A DNA stretch of 63,715 bases from Candidatus Komeilibacteria bacterium (GCA_043801745.1 JAZDLR010000011.1:1-63715); one strand, 5' to 3'. Shown: positions 1 through 8,475, counted from the stretch's first letter. The notes: a model not told the origin generated them from the letters alone. Translations and numbers: made by a program.

Positions 1-1
1 G

Positions 2-1204
2 CATCAGTTTAAAAATCCTAAGATATTTCAGTATGATACGCTGTCAATGGAAGATAGGTGGGCGGATAAATTTGATGTAATTATGGCTAATCCACCATTT
101 ATGTCGCCGCGTGGTGGAGTGCAAACTCATCATCGATTTAGTATTCAGTCAAGCCGATCAGAAGTATTATTTGTCGATTACATCATTAATCATCTACGGC
201 CACAAGGACGCGCCGGTATTATTGTACCCGAGGGCGTTCTAGCGAACACAAATGCAGGATATTATTCTGATATAAGAAAGCTACTAATTCAAGATAATAT
301 TTGGGCCATTGTCTCCCTACATTCATTTGTTTTTGCGCCGTATGCATCGGTAACTACCTTCATCCTTTTTATTGATAAAGAATTATCCAGAAAAACAAAG
401 AGGATTATTTTTTGCGACATAGAGGAAGATGGGTTTGATAAAAGTGATCAGAGGAGAATAGTAGAAATAAATGATATTCCTCAGGTTTATGATAACTTAA
501 TAAAATATCGTCAAAGTTTGTTAACAAATATACATTTTAGGCCAAAAAATAAAAAGTTTAAATTTGTAGATAAGAAATTATTGGAAGAAACTGACAATCA
601 CGTTTTATTAAGCTCTAGGTATGAGGAAATCAATTTACCCCAGACTAAATTTCCGTTAGCAGAAATAGCTACCTTAATTGAGGAATGTAAAGGAAGGGCT
701 AATAGTAATAAATTTGAAGTTTGGTCTGTTTCTAATAGATTAGGATTTGTTCCATCAAAAGAGTATTTTGAAAAAAAAATCGCATCCGAGAATACTAAAA
801 ACTATAAAATCATCGAACCTGGATATTTTGCCTTTAATCCTTCAAGAATTAATGTTGGTTCTGTTGCGTGCAACTTATCCCAAAAAAGAGGTATAGTGAG
901 TCCAATGTATACAGTTTTTAAAATTATTGATGAATCGATCATCGATAAGGAATATCTACTGTCATATTTGAAAAGTGATCTATGCCAACGACAAATTAAC
1001 CATAAAATTCAGGGGGCAACAAGAAAGGTACTCAAGAAAGATGATCTTGGAAAATTACGCATTCTTTTGCCGCCGATGGATATACAGAGGAAACTCATGG
1101 GTAAAGTGAAAATTGAACTATCTAAAATCGTCGAACTGCAAGATAAGATCCAAGAACATAGTGGAAATATTTCTAGTATTCTTCTTGGCTTATGGGATGA
1201 ATAA
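2..1204 (+). CDS. N6-adenine DNA methyltransferase fused to a C-terminal HsdS-like target-recognition domain (5' end cut by window edge)
   Basis: Frame is open from nt 2 into track ORF 47..1204. It has MTase motif IV 'IMANPPFMSP', then a TRD-like segment ('FAFNPSRINVGSV', 'GIVSPMYTVFK') and a helical tail ('LLPPMDIQRKL') typical of type I S subunits. Confidence 0.8.
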   Translation, partial: HQFKNPKIFQYDTLSMEDRWADKFDVIMANPPFMSPRGGVQTHHRFSIQSSRSEVLFVDYIINHLRPQGRAGIIVPEGVLANTNAGYYSDIRKLLIQDNIWAIVSLHSFVFAPYASVTTFILFIDKELSRKTKRIIFCDIEEDGFDKSDQRRIVEINDIPQVYDNLIKYRQSLLTNIHFRPKNKKFKFVDKKLLEETDNHVLLSSRYEEINLPQTKFPLAEIATLIEECKGRANSNKFEVWSVSNRLGFVPSKEYFEKKIASENTKNYKIIEPGYFAFNPSRINVGSVACNLSQKRGIVSPMYTVFKIIDESIIDKEYLLSYLKSDLCQRQINHKIQGATRKVLKKDDLGKLRILLPPMDIQRKLMGKVKIELSKIVELQDKIQEHSGNISSILLGLWDE

Positions 1205-1212
1205 GGAGAATT

Positions 1213-2949
1213 ATGTTTATAAAATCACTTACAATCAAAAATTTTCGATGTTTTGGTGCGGGTATAGACGATAAAGGCACAATAATAGACCTCAATAGTG
1301 GATTAACTGCTTTCATCGGCAGAAATGGAAGTGGAAAAACTGCAATTTTAGAAGCTCTTAATTTTTTAATTGGTACTGATTATTTACCGACTAAAATTAG
1401 AGAGAGGGATTTTCATAACGGGGCAAGAGAAATAAAGGACGAAATTATGATTGAGGGTGATACAGTAGAGCCTTTTTTTGTAACGGTTGATGTTCGCTCA
1501 AATACAAATCAACTGGTATCAATTATTATTCCCTGCAATAAACTTAGAATTACTATTAAACGGCGCGAAAAACCGGAGAAAGTGTTAGACGATCCTTTTG
1601 TTATTAATAAATATGTTTTACCGATTGTCGGTGAAATTGATGAGAAAATTTTTGAATCTGACGAGCGGGCACGAAAGCCTACGCGAATTAGCCAGATCAA
1701 AGATGGTTATACCGTATTCTATAAACTCAAAAACGCCCAAGAAGAGCGAAATGCCAAAGTGATGATCTATCAACTTACGTACAATCCGAACCGCCTCACA
1801 AAATGTCCAAAATCATATTATTTATCTAAAGATAGAGACGACGACGTTATAGGCAATTATTCTCTTATTGCAAAAATCTTGACAGACCTACATTGGAAAT
1901 ATAAAAAAAAGCAAACGGCTAGCGAAAATACAATTCCAAAAGAATACAATGTCCTTGCGAGCTCATTAAGGGGCATTGTAGACGAAAAGAGCACCCTAAT
2001 TAACGGAATAAATAAAAAAGTGAAAGCGATATGCTGTGATAATAAAGATTTTCAGATTGATTTTATTGATATTGATCAGCCATATAAATCGGCGTTTGTC
2101 GCGAAGAAGGAAGGTGAGAAACTGCTTTTGCCCGACAATCTTGGCTCTGGATTTAACATCCTGATTGCATACGCTCTTTTCGCTTATGTCGCCGACCAAG
2201 AGAAAATCCCTATTGTTTTGATTATTGATGAGCCCGAATTGCACATGCATAGTGACTGGCAAAAGAAAATGTATGACATTTTTTCTGAGCAAACAGATAT
2301 GCAATTCATTTATTCCACTCAATCTGAAAATTTTATTTCGTTGAAGAACTGGAAGCAGATTCGTTCTATTTCCGATTTTCAAGTTTTTCCAAAAGATAAA
2401 GATTTGCAGGAACAAATCACGGCAACGGATAAACAAACAGGTAACCGATCTGATTACCTTGATGAATATGCGACAAAAAATTTGCATATCAGTGCAATTT
2501 TGCGAGAAAACCTCGAATTGTTTTTTACTAAAAAATGTATCTTGGTTGAAGGGCCATCGGATAAATACGGTCTGCCGGTACTTTTGAAACTTTCGGATTG
2601 TAATATTGAAAATTATTCGGTTTCAATAATTCCGGCTTGGGGAAAAGCAAAAATTAAAAACTATCAAATGATTTGTAGAGTTTTCGGCATTGATTATTAT
2701 ACGATTTACGACAACGACAATGTAGAAGAAGACGGCGAGCCAACAAATGAAAATACGGCGATTGAGAATAACATAGAAAACGGAAAGAGAACAAAATTTT
2801 CAACAAGTTTTGAGGCACTACTTGGAGTATCCGGTGACAACAAGTTTCAAAAGTTAGTGAAGAAGATTGACGAATTGACTGAAATAAATTCATTGAATGA
2901 GGAAATTAAAACGTGTTTGAGTAAATTGAAAAGTTTTATTGAAAATTAA
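1213..2949 (+). CDS. OLD-family ATP-dependent endonuclease (ABC-type ATPase + C-terminal Toprim)
   Basis: Walker A 'GRNGSGKTAILEAL' and Walker B 'VLIIDEPELHMH' are present. The C-terminal Toprim has 'ILVEGPSDKYG' and 'YDNDN'. AAGGAG SD; only 8 nt after the MTase-S stop. Confidence 0.8.
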   Translation: MFIKSLTIKNFRCFGAGIDDKGTIIDLNSGLTAFIGRNGSGKTAILEALNFLIGTDYLPTKIRERDFHNGAREIKDEIMIEGDTVEPFFVTVDVRSNTNQLVSIIIPCNKLRITIKRREKPEKVLDDPFVINKYVLPIVGEIDEKIFESDERARKPTRISQIKDGYTVFYKLKNAQEERNAKVMIYQLTYNPNRLTKCPKSYYLSKDRDDDVIGNYSLIAKILTDLHWKYKKKQTASENTIPKEYNVLASSLRGIVDEKSTLINGINKKVKAICCDNKDFQIDFIDIDQPYKSAFVAKKEGEKLLLPDNLGSGFNILIAYALFAYVADQEKIPIVLIIDEPELHMHSDWQKKMYDIFSEQTDMQFIYSTQSENFISLKNWKQIRSISDFQVFPKDKDLQEQITATDKQTGNRSDYLDEYATKNLHISAILRENLELFFTKKCILVEGPSDKYGLPVLLKLSDCNIENYSVSIIPAWGKAKIKNYQMICRVFGIDYYTIYDNDNVEEDGEPTNENTAIENNIENGKRTKFSTSFEALLGVSGDNKFQKLVKKIDELTEINSLNEEIKTCLSKLKSFIEN

Positions 2950-3148
2950 TTTTGTGTGTCCTTACAGATACCGCTGGATTAAACTCTCCAAAAATATGTC
3001 CATCAACAAACCCTGGCACCTAACCCATAGAATGCCGAAAAATGCTACTATTGATCAGCGGGTGGCGTGGCATAAGGAACACTTGAAGAAGTGCGGTTGC
3101 CGCAAGGATATTCCTAAAACTTTACAAAAATATTTTTTAAATAAATAA
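2939..3148 (+). CDS. small Cys/His-containing protein, function unknown
   Basis: 69-aa ORF. An alternative ATG at 2996 (MSINKPW...) avoids overlap with the OLD stop. C-terminal 'WHKEHLKKCGCRKDIP'. No SD. Confidence 0.45.
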   Translation: MKINFVCPYRYRWIKLSKNMSINKPWHLTHRMPKNATIDQRVAWHKEHLKKCGCRKDIPKTLQKYFLNK

Positions 3149-3157
3149 TCATATTTT

Positions 3158-3469
3158 ATGCCCCAACATTGTGAATCCTGCGGCATGCCGCTGGAGAAAA
3201 AAGAGGATTTCGCCGGTAGCGACGAAAGCGCGAAATTTTGTCTCTACTGCGTCAATCCTGACGGCAGTGTGAAATCCTGTGAAGAAGTTTTTGCCGGCGG
3301 AGTGCAGTATTTTCTTAGTCAGATTGGCAATGATCAGGAAATGGCGGAAAAGATCACCCGGAAGAATATGAGTCAACAGCCATATTGGCAGGGAAAAGAC
3401 TGCCCGGTTTTAGCCGGTGCCATGGCGACTGATGAGGAATTCGCGGCCGCGATGCAAAAATTGGTATAA
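3158..3469 (+). CDS. zinc-ribbon domain protein
   Basis: N-terminal 'CESCGMPL...KFCLYCV' CxxC...CxxC pattern, as in small putative zinc-ribbon proteins. The antisense track ORF 3149..3376 is ignored. Confidence 0.6.
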   Translation: MPQHCESCGMPLEKKEDFAGSDESAKFCLYCVNPDGSVKSCEEVFAGGVQYFLSQIGNDQEMAEKITRKNMSQQPYWQGKDCPVLAGAMATDEEFAAAMQKLV

Positions 3470-3497
3470 GATATTTTAATTAAGATAAATACTATTT

Positions 3498-4004
3498 ATG
3501 ATCAGACCTAATAAACTTCTTATTTTAAGCTTGTTATTAATTTCACCGTTGTTACTTTCCGGCTGCGCCAAGAAAATTAACGAAAAGATCGCGGAAAAAG
3601 TAGTGGACCAAGCCAGCAACGGCGCGGTCAAAATGGACATTAACGGCAATCAGACCACAGTGAAAACTGAAGGCGGCACCGGCACCGTGGGCGAGAATGT
3701 GAGTTTGCCCGCTGACTGGCCAAAAGATGTCTATGTGATTGACGGTAAGATCACCACCAGCTATCAGAACGCCGGTAATAAGGGCTGGACCATTTCGATT
3801 GAAAATACTAAGTCGCTGGCCGAAGTTAAGTCAGCCTACGAGACCAAGCTGAAAGAGTCGGGTTGGAGCATCAAGGCCCTACTGGATATGGGCACGGCCG
3901 TGACTTTAAGCGCGGAAAAAGATCAACGCGTTGTTTCGGTTATGGTCAGTAGTGACAGTGAAGCCGGAAAGACACTGGTTCTGGTGGGCGCGGCCGAGAA
4001 ATAA
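3498..4004 (+). CDS. lipoprotein, function unknown
   Basis: Signal peptide with lipobox 'LLLSGC'; hydrophilic mature part. Confidence 0.75.
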   Translation: MIRPNKLLILSLLLISPLLLSGCAKKINEKIAEKVVDQASNGAVKMDINGNQTTVKTEGGTGTVGENVSLPADWPKDVYVIDGKITTSYQNAGNKGWTISIENTKSLAEVKSAYETKLKESGWSIKALLDMGTAVTLSAEKDQRVVSVMVSSDSEAGKTLVLVGAAEK

Positions 4005-4071
4005 ACAGATTGCTTCGCCAGCCAAAGGCTGGACTCGCAATGACAGGGTGGGGTAAATAGGGTAGAGTGCT

Positions 4072-4227
4072 TTTTTAGAATACCTCACAAATTATTTAAA
4101 TTACCTCACCTGTCCTCTCCTTCAAAAGGAGAGGGACGTAATTTATATAGTCCTGGTGCTTTAATAATACTTCGTGCTACCTCCCTCTCCTTTATAAGGA
4201 GAGGGTTGGGGTGAGGTATTCTAAAAA
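4072..4227. repeat. 156-bp palindromic (MITE-like or structured-RNA) element
   Basis: Perfect 17-bp terminal inverted repeats: TTTTTAGAATACCTCAC (4072-4088) and GTGAGGTATTCTAAAAA (4211-4227). They enclose two hairpins, CCTCTCCTT/AAGGAGAGG (4114-4134) and CCCTCTCCTT/AAGGAGAGGG (4183-4205). Confidence 0.6.
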
Positions 4228-4267
4228 TTCATTATGACTAATGCTAAGATAATTTATCTAGGTGATC

Positions 4268-4305
4268 AAAAAAATACCGCTTAAGGACAGAACCGTTAAG
4301 AGGTA
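4268..4305 (-). terminator. intrinsic terminator-like hairpin + U7 (minus strand)
   Basis: The minus strand reads UACCUCUUAACGG-loop-CCUUAAGCGGUA followed by UUUUUUU (plus-strand A7 at 4268-4274). The 13-position stem has 2 mismatches. Confidence 0.4.
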
Positions 4306-4329
4306 TTCTTCTATGTGATTTACCTATAA

Positions 4330-4357
4330 ATATTATCACGGTCGTTATAACAGTCAA
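4330..4357 (-). promoter_or_regulatory. sigma70-like promoter (minus strand)
   Basis: The minus strand reads TTGACT, a 16-nt spacer, then TAATAT. It lies about 25 nt upstream of the 4268-4305 terminator hairpin. Confidence 0.35.
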
Positions 4358-4420
4358 GTGGCAGTACTATACGTCGTCCTTGACGCCGTGAGTGGATTTG
4401 CTAGGCTGGGAACATAAATA

Positions 4421-4494
4421 AAACCACCGCCCGCTCATAAGCCTTTCGCGCATTGAGCGGGGCGGGGTAAACCACCGCCGTTGGCGGGGTAAAC
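4421..4494 (+). repeat. two tandem GC-rich hairpins sharing AAACCACCGCC...GGCGGGGT flanks
   Basis: Unit A is 4421-4468 (stem GCCCGCTCA/TGAGCGGGGC). Unit B is 4469-4490 (CCGCC-gtt-GGCGG). A related copy lies in reverse orientation at 58298-58322. Confidence 0.5.
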
Positions 4495-4516
4495 AGGGAA
4501 ATAATCTCTGTTTTTT

Positions 4517-4822
4517 ATGTTAGTAAATTATCATAAACAAGTTATCAAGTTTATTGAATCCTTAGATCAGCACCCACATGCAATTGTGGACCATTTAGTG
4601 TCATTATTGGAAGAACTAGGGCCGGCCATTGGTATGCCTAATAGTCGTCCTTTGGGACACGGTTTATTTGAGCTGCGGGGTCGTAGAGACGTGTCAATAC
4701 GCTTAATTTATTGCTATTACCGTGGCACTGCTTATATTCTTAATGCGGTTGTAAAAAAACAACAACGGTTGCGTCGGCATGATATAGATATAGCACTGTC
4801 ACGAAAGAGTGATTTGACATGA
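4517..4822 (+). CDS. type II toxin, Gp49/HigB (RelE/ParE superfamily)-like
   Basis: The 'LFELRGRRDVSIRLIYCYYRGTAYILNAVVKKQQR' pattern matches phage Gp49-like toxins. It is followed by an XRE antitoxin. Confidence 0.7.
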   Translation: MLVNYHKQVIKFIESLDQHPHAIVDHLVSLLEELGPAIGMPNSRPLGHGLFELRGRRDVSIRLIYCYYRGTAYILNAVVKKQQRLRRHDIDIALSRKSDLT

Positions 4823-4849
4823 AATAACGTATACGCTATATTTAGATAT

Positions 4850-5140
4850 ATGAAAAAACCTATCCAATTCGTTTCTTCTCAAGTCCTTCATAAAAAGTGG
4901 ATGAAAGATCCGAAATTTAGACGTGCTTATGAGGAGCTGGAACCGGAATATGCTTTGCTGAAAAAAATGATTCAATTGCGTATAGCCAAGGGATTGACGC
5001 AGAAGCAGTTGGCCAAGAAGCTAGGAACTAAACAGTCGGCTATTTCCCGATTGGAGAATGGCAATCTCAACCCAACTTTGAAGTCATTTTACAAATTAGC
5101 CAGAGCTTTAGATGCTAAGGTAAAGATAACCGTAAAATAG
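4850..5140 (+). CDS. XRE-family HTH antitoxin (HigA-like)
   Basis: HTH 'LTQKQLAKKLGTKQSAISRLENGN'; located 27 nt after the toxin gene. Confidence 0.75.
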   Translation: MKKPIQFVSSQVLHKKWMKDPKFRRAYEELEPEYALLKKMIQLRIAKGLTQKQLAKKLGTKQSAISRLENGNLNPTLKSFYKLARALDAKVKITVK

Positions 5141-5141
5141 C

Positions 5142-6773
5142 ATGACGCAGGCACAAGCTTTAGCTATTTTAAAAACCGGCGCTAATGTTTTCCTGACCGG
5201 AGAGCCCGGAGCCGGTAAGACGCACACGATCAATCAATACGTGGATTATTTGCGTCAGCATAATATTGAACCGGCGATCACGGCTTCGACCGGCATTGCC
5301 GCCACGCATATCGGCGGTATGACCATACATAGTTGGAGTGGTATTGGCATTAAGAAATTTTTATCCAGCCGCGATCTGGATGCTCTGGCGGCTAACGAAT
5401 ATTTAGTTAAACGCGTGGCGAAAACCAAAGTTCTGATCATTGATGAGGTCTCCATGCTGGCACCGGAGACCATTACCATGGTGGAGGCCGTGTGCCGCGA
5501 GATCAAACGTAATAACGAACCGTTTGGCGGTCTGCAGATAATATTTGTGGGAGATTTTTTTCAGTTGCCGCCGGTGGTCCGGCCGGACACTGATGAGGCC
5601 TCTCAAGGAGAATTTTTCGAGGAGGAGCCGGAACTATTCGCTTATCAATCTCCGGCTTGGTCTAAGGCTAATCCCTTGGTTTGCTACTTACACGAACAGC
5701 ATCGTCAGGATGATCCTAATTTTTTACAGTTACTTACGGCTATCCGCAGTAATACCTTTACGGACGCTCACCTGAAAGATATTCAGAGCCGGAAAATATC
5801 CAGCGCTAAGGCGCCGCAGGATGTGACTAAATTATTTTCTCATAATGCTAACGTTGACGCGGTGAATCAGGCTATGCTTGATCAGTTGCCCGGAAAAAAT
5901 TATTCCTATGAGATGAAAACGCAGGGTAAAAGCCGGTTAGTGCAAAGTTTGCAAAAGGGCTGTCTGTCACCTGATAACTTACAACTGAAAACCGGCGCGG
6001 CAGTTATGTTTACTAAAAATAATTCTAAGCAGGGCTTTGTTAACGGCACGCTCGGAGTAGTGGCGGGTTTCGATGATCTTACGCGCCAGCCAATAATTAA
6101 AACGCGTCAGGGTCAGCGTATTGCCGTCGAGCCCATGGATTGGACTTTAGAAGAGGGCGGCAAGATCAGGGCGCGCTTAACGCAATTTCCTTTGCGTTTG
6201 GCTTGGGCCATTACCGTGCACAAGAGTCAGGGCATGAGTTTGGATGAGGCCATAATGGATTTGAGTCAGGTGTTTGAATTTGGTCAGGGTTACGTTGCTC
6301 TTTCTAGAGTCAGGCGTCTGGCCGGACTGCACCTCTTGGGTTGGAATGAGCAGACCTTTCAGGTCCATCCGCAAGTATTGGCGCAGGACGCAATGTTCCG
6401 TGAGGGTTCGGCCGCGGCTGAAAGCATTTTTGGCCAGATGTCAGCAGGGGAATTAAAGCAGTTACAAAATAATTTTATTTTAGCTTGCGGCGGTAAGGCG
6501 CAGGCCAAAGTTAAGAAGACCGCGGCTAAAGTTAAAAAGGAGACTAGCGGCTATTATGATGAAGTGCGGAAGCTTCATCCCAATGCCAACCGCCGCTGGG
6601 ACAGCGAGCAGGATGCCCGCTTAGCTAAATTATTTAGCGCTGGCAGTACTATTCCGCAATTAATGACCTTAATGGGACGCAGGGAAATGGCGATAATTTT
6701 ACGCTTGATCAAGCTGGAATTATTACCGGCTGATTATGTTGATCAGCGGTCACTAAATTCTGATAGGTCATAG
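5142..6773 (+). CDS. Pif1/RecD-family ATP-dependent DNA helicase
   Basis: Walker A 'GEPGAGKTH', Walker B 'LIIDEVSML', 'VGDFFQLPPV' and 'AITVHKSQGMS'. Its ATG is 1 nt after the antitoxin stop. Confidence 0.8.
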   Translation: MTQAQALAILKTGANVFLTGEPGAGKTHTINQYVDYLRQHNIEPAITASTGIAATHIGGMTIHSWSGIGIKKFLSSRDLDALAANEYLVKRVAKTKVLIIDEVSMLAPETITMVEAVCREIKRNNEPFGGLQIIFVGDFFQLPPVVRPDTDEASQGEFFEEEPELFAYQSPAWSKANPLVCYLHEQHRQDDPNFLQLLTAIRSNTFTDAHLKDIQSRKISSAKAPQDVTKLFSHNANVDAVNQAMLDQLPGKNYSYEMKTQGKSRLVQSLQKGCLSPDNLQLKTGAAVMFTKNNSKQGFVNGTLGVVAGFDDLTRQPIIKTRQGQRIAVEPMDWTLEEGGKIRARLTQFPLRLAWAITVHKSQGMSLDEAIMDLSQVFEFGQGYVALSRVRRLAGLHLLGWNEQTFQVHPQVLAQDAMFREGSAAAESIFGQMSAGELKQLQNNFILACGGKAQAKVKKTAAKVKKETSGYYDEVRKLHPNANRRWDSEQDARLAKLFSAGSTIPQLMTLMGRREMAIILRLIKLELLPADYVDQRSLNSDRS

Positions 6774-6878
6774 GGCACTTTGTGGATTAGTTGCCAATTT
6801 CTCTAGTTTTAGTAGACTAGGGCCAGGCGCGGTAAATGATACCGCTGTTCTTTCAACCCTTTTGGTCAGGAGGACCGC

Positions 6879-7361
6879 ATGCTTGCTTGGTTGCGAAGCC
6901 GGCTGCTGCGGCTCTGGACCGCAGCTTTTGCCGCTTCACTGGCGTACAATATTCCCACCGGGGCTCTTAACTACTTCCTGGAGCGGTGGTTGGCTCACGT
7001 CACGAAGGAGCAGTGGGCTTTGGTTCACTGGGGTCTGTTTCCCTGGCTGCGGTACCCCTTTGCCTTTATTGGAGCCTATCTGACCTGGAAATTCCGCCGT
7101 AGGCTCCGGGCCCACAAACACACCCTGAAATGCTATCTATCGGATGCTTTGGCGCTGGCCTGCTATCAGATACCCATCTACCTAACCGTTTGTCTGATTG
7201 GCGGCCGTCGGGGTGTGCAGCTAGCAATTTTGTTGGGTCTGGCTCTGGCCGAGCATCTGCTCCTGGGACCTTTTCACGGTATGCTGTTGGACTTTTTCCG
7301 GGCCAAGTTTGCCAACAATGGCCGGAAGAAAGTTCCTCGTCCGGCCGAACCGGCCGTCTAG
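6879..7361 (+). CDS. alaE: AlaE-like small-molecule (L-alanine) exporter family membrane protein
   Basis: 160 aa with 4 TM segments. 'YLSDALALACYQIPIYLTVCLIGG...GPFHGMLLDFFRAKF' parallels E. coli AlaE 'NLADILAYVTFQSPVYVAILLVVG...GAVYGYFLDYCRRLF', which I recalled from memory. High GC; CAGGAGG SD. Confidence 0.55.
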   Translation: MLAWLRSRLLRLWTAAFAASLAYNIPTGALNYFLERWLAHVTKEQWALVHWGLFPWLRYPFAFIGAYLTWKFRRRLRAHKHTLKCYLSDALALACYQIPIYLTVCLIGGRRGVQLAILLGLALAEHLLLGPFHGMLLDFFRAKFANNGRKKVPRPAEPAV

Positions 7362-7379
7362 TTCAAACCGGCTAGCTGT

Positions 7380-7416
7380 CCCGTTAGAGACCCTCGGTCT
7401 CTAACGGGGCTTTATT
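7380..7416 (+). terminator. rho-independent terminator
   Basis: Perfect 13-bp stem CCCGTTAGAGACC-ctc-GGTCTCTAACGGG (7380-7408), followed by GCTTTATT. Confidence 0.8.
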
Positions 7417-7511
7417 AATAGCCAGCGCTAATGCTATAATTTATTACCAAGCAGCTCAGAGATTGTAACTGGGCTCGTTAGTGGAATAATAAGTATTAAG
7501 TGTTTATTACT

Positions 7512-8114
7512 ATGTATAGAAAAATTCGCGGAGTTTTCATTTTGATTATCATAATTATTATTTGTGCTGTTAGTGTTTATTTGGCTAGCCGCGCGTCATA
7601 TTCTAACAAATTAGGACGTAGTATATCGGAGTCTGAAGCGAGGGTGATTGCCGAAAAAGCCTGCATCAAAGGCGGGGAGGCTTTAGCGGCCGGCAGTTAC
7701 AATGAAAATTCCCGCACCTGGTGGTTTGACGCCAATTTGAATGCCACTAAGCCGGGCTGTAATCCGGCCTGTGTGGTCAGTAGTGAGACTAAGAAAGCGG
7801 AAATTAATTGGCGCTGTACTGGTTTGATTCCTGCAGCCGGCGCAACTGACGAAATATTATCCTTATTTGAAGCTAAGTATCCTAAATATGCTTCAACTTT
7901 AACTGTAAAAATAAATCAGGAAGGTAGCGATCATCTACGCGGTAGCGTCAGCTTTTCTGCCGGTCAGGCCGGAGGTATATTTCTGGCCAGTAAAGTCAAT
8001 AATGTTTGGCAACTGGATTTTGACGGTAATGGCCAGATTCCTTGTAGTTTAACTTCAACTGCAAAAGGTTATCCGCCAGATATGCTGCCAGAGTGTGCTA
8101 ACGTCAAGAATTAA
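7512..8114 (+). CDS. membrane-anchored secreted protein, function unknown
   Basis: The ORF has an N-terminal TM 'GVFILIIIIIICAVSVYLA'. I prefer ATG 7512 over the track's GTG 7500. Confidence 0.65.
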   Translation: MYRKIRGVFILIIIIIICAVSVYLASRASYSNKLGRSISESEARVIAEKACIKGGEALAAGSYNENSRTWWFDANLNATKPGCNPACVVSSETKKAEINWRCTGLIPAAGATDEILSLFEAKYPKYASTLTVKINQEGSDHLRGSVSFSAGQAGGIFLASKVNNVWQLDFDGNGQIPCSLTSTAKGYPPDMLPECANVKN

Positions 8115-8118
8115 TTAT

Positions 8119-8475
8119 ATGAAGCCAATATTGTTTTGGGGTTTCATCCTCTGGTTTATTGGCTATGTTTTGGGTTTTGTTTTCTATGCCTTTGTTCCCA
8201 ATAATTTGATCGGCTGGGTAATTATGCCGCTTGGCACAATTATCACAGTTTGGGTGGTCTGGAAAAAGTTCCGGGGAACTAAGCTCAGTTACTATTTAAA
8301 AGTCGGTCTGAACTGGACTGTGCTGGCCATGATCTTTGACTATTTGTTTCTAGTTCTGCTATTGAAACCAACTGACGGGTATTATAAGCTGGATGTGTAT
8401 CTGTATTATTTTTTGACTTTAATAATCCCGCTGTTAGTCGGTTGGGTCAATAACCGGCGCAATTCAATTTCGTAA
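8119..8475 (+). CDS. small integral membrane protein, function unknown
   Basis: Four hydrophobic segments. The ATG at 8119 (MKPILFWGF) avoids overlap with the upstream gene. Confidence 0.6.
   Translation: MKPILFWGFILWFIGYVLGFVFYAFVPNNLIGWVIMPLGTIITVWVVWKKFRGTKLSYYLKVGLNWTVLAMIFDYLFLVLLLKPTDGYYKLDVYLYYFLTLIIPLLVGWVNNRRNSIS

Noticed and set aside
771-779. A9 homopolymer in the MTase-S gene (and A8 at 1903-1910 in the OLD gene) as a phase-variation switch
   Set aside because: The tracts are short, lie in a very AT-rich lysine-rich context, and the reading frames are currently intact. There is no evidence of length variation.
4114-4205. CRISPR-like repeats
   Set aside because: There are only two hairpin copies, arranged as parts of one larger palindrome. 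There is no regular repeat-spacer periodicity and no cas genes.
6862-7375. Alternative-frame ORFs 6862..7083 and 7130..7375
   Set aside because: They overlap the AlaE-like frame, which has the SD, the TM pattern and the family-like motifs. These are artefacts of high GC.
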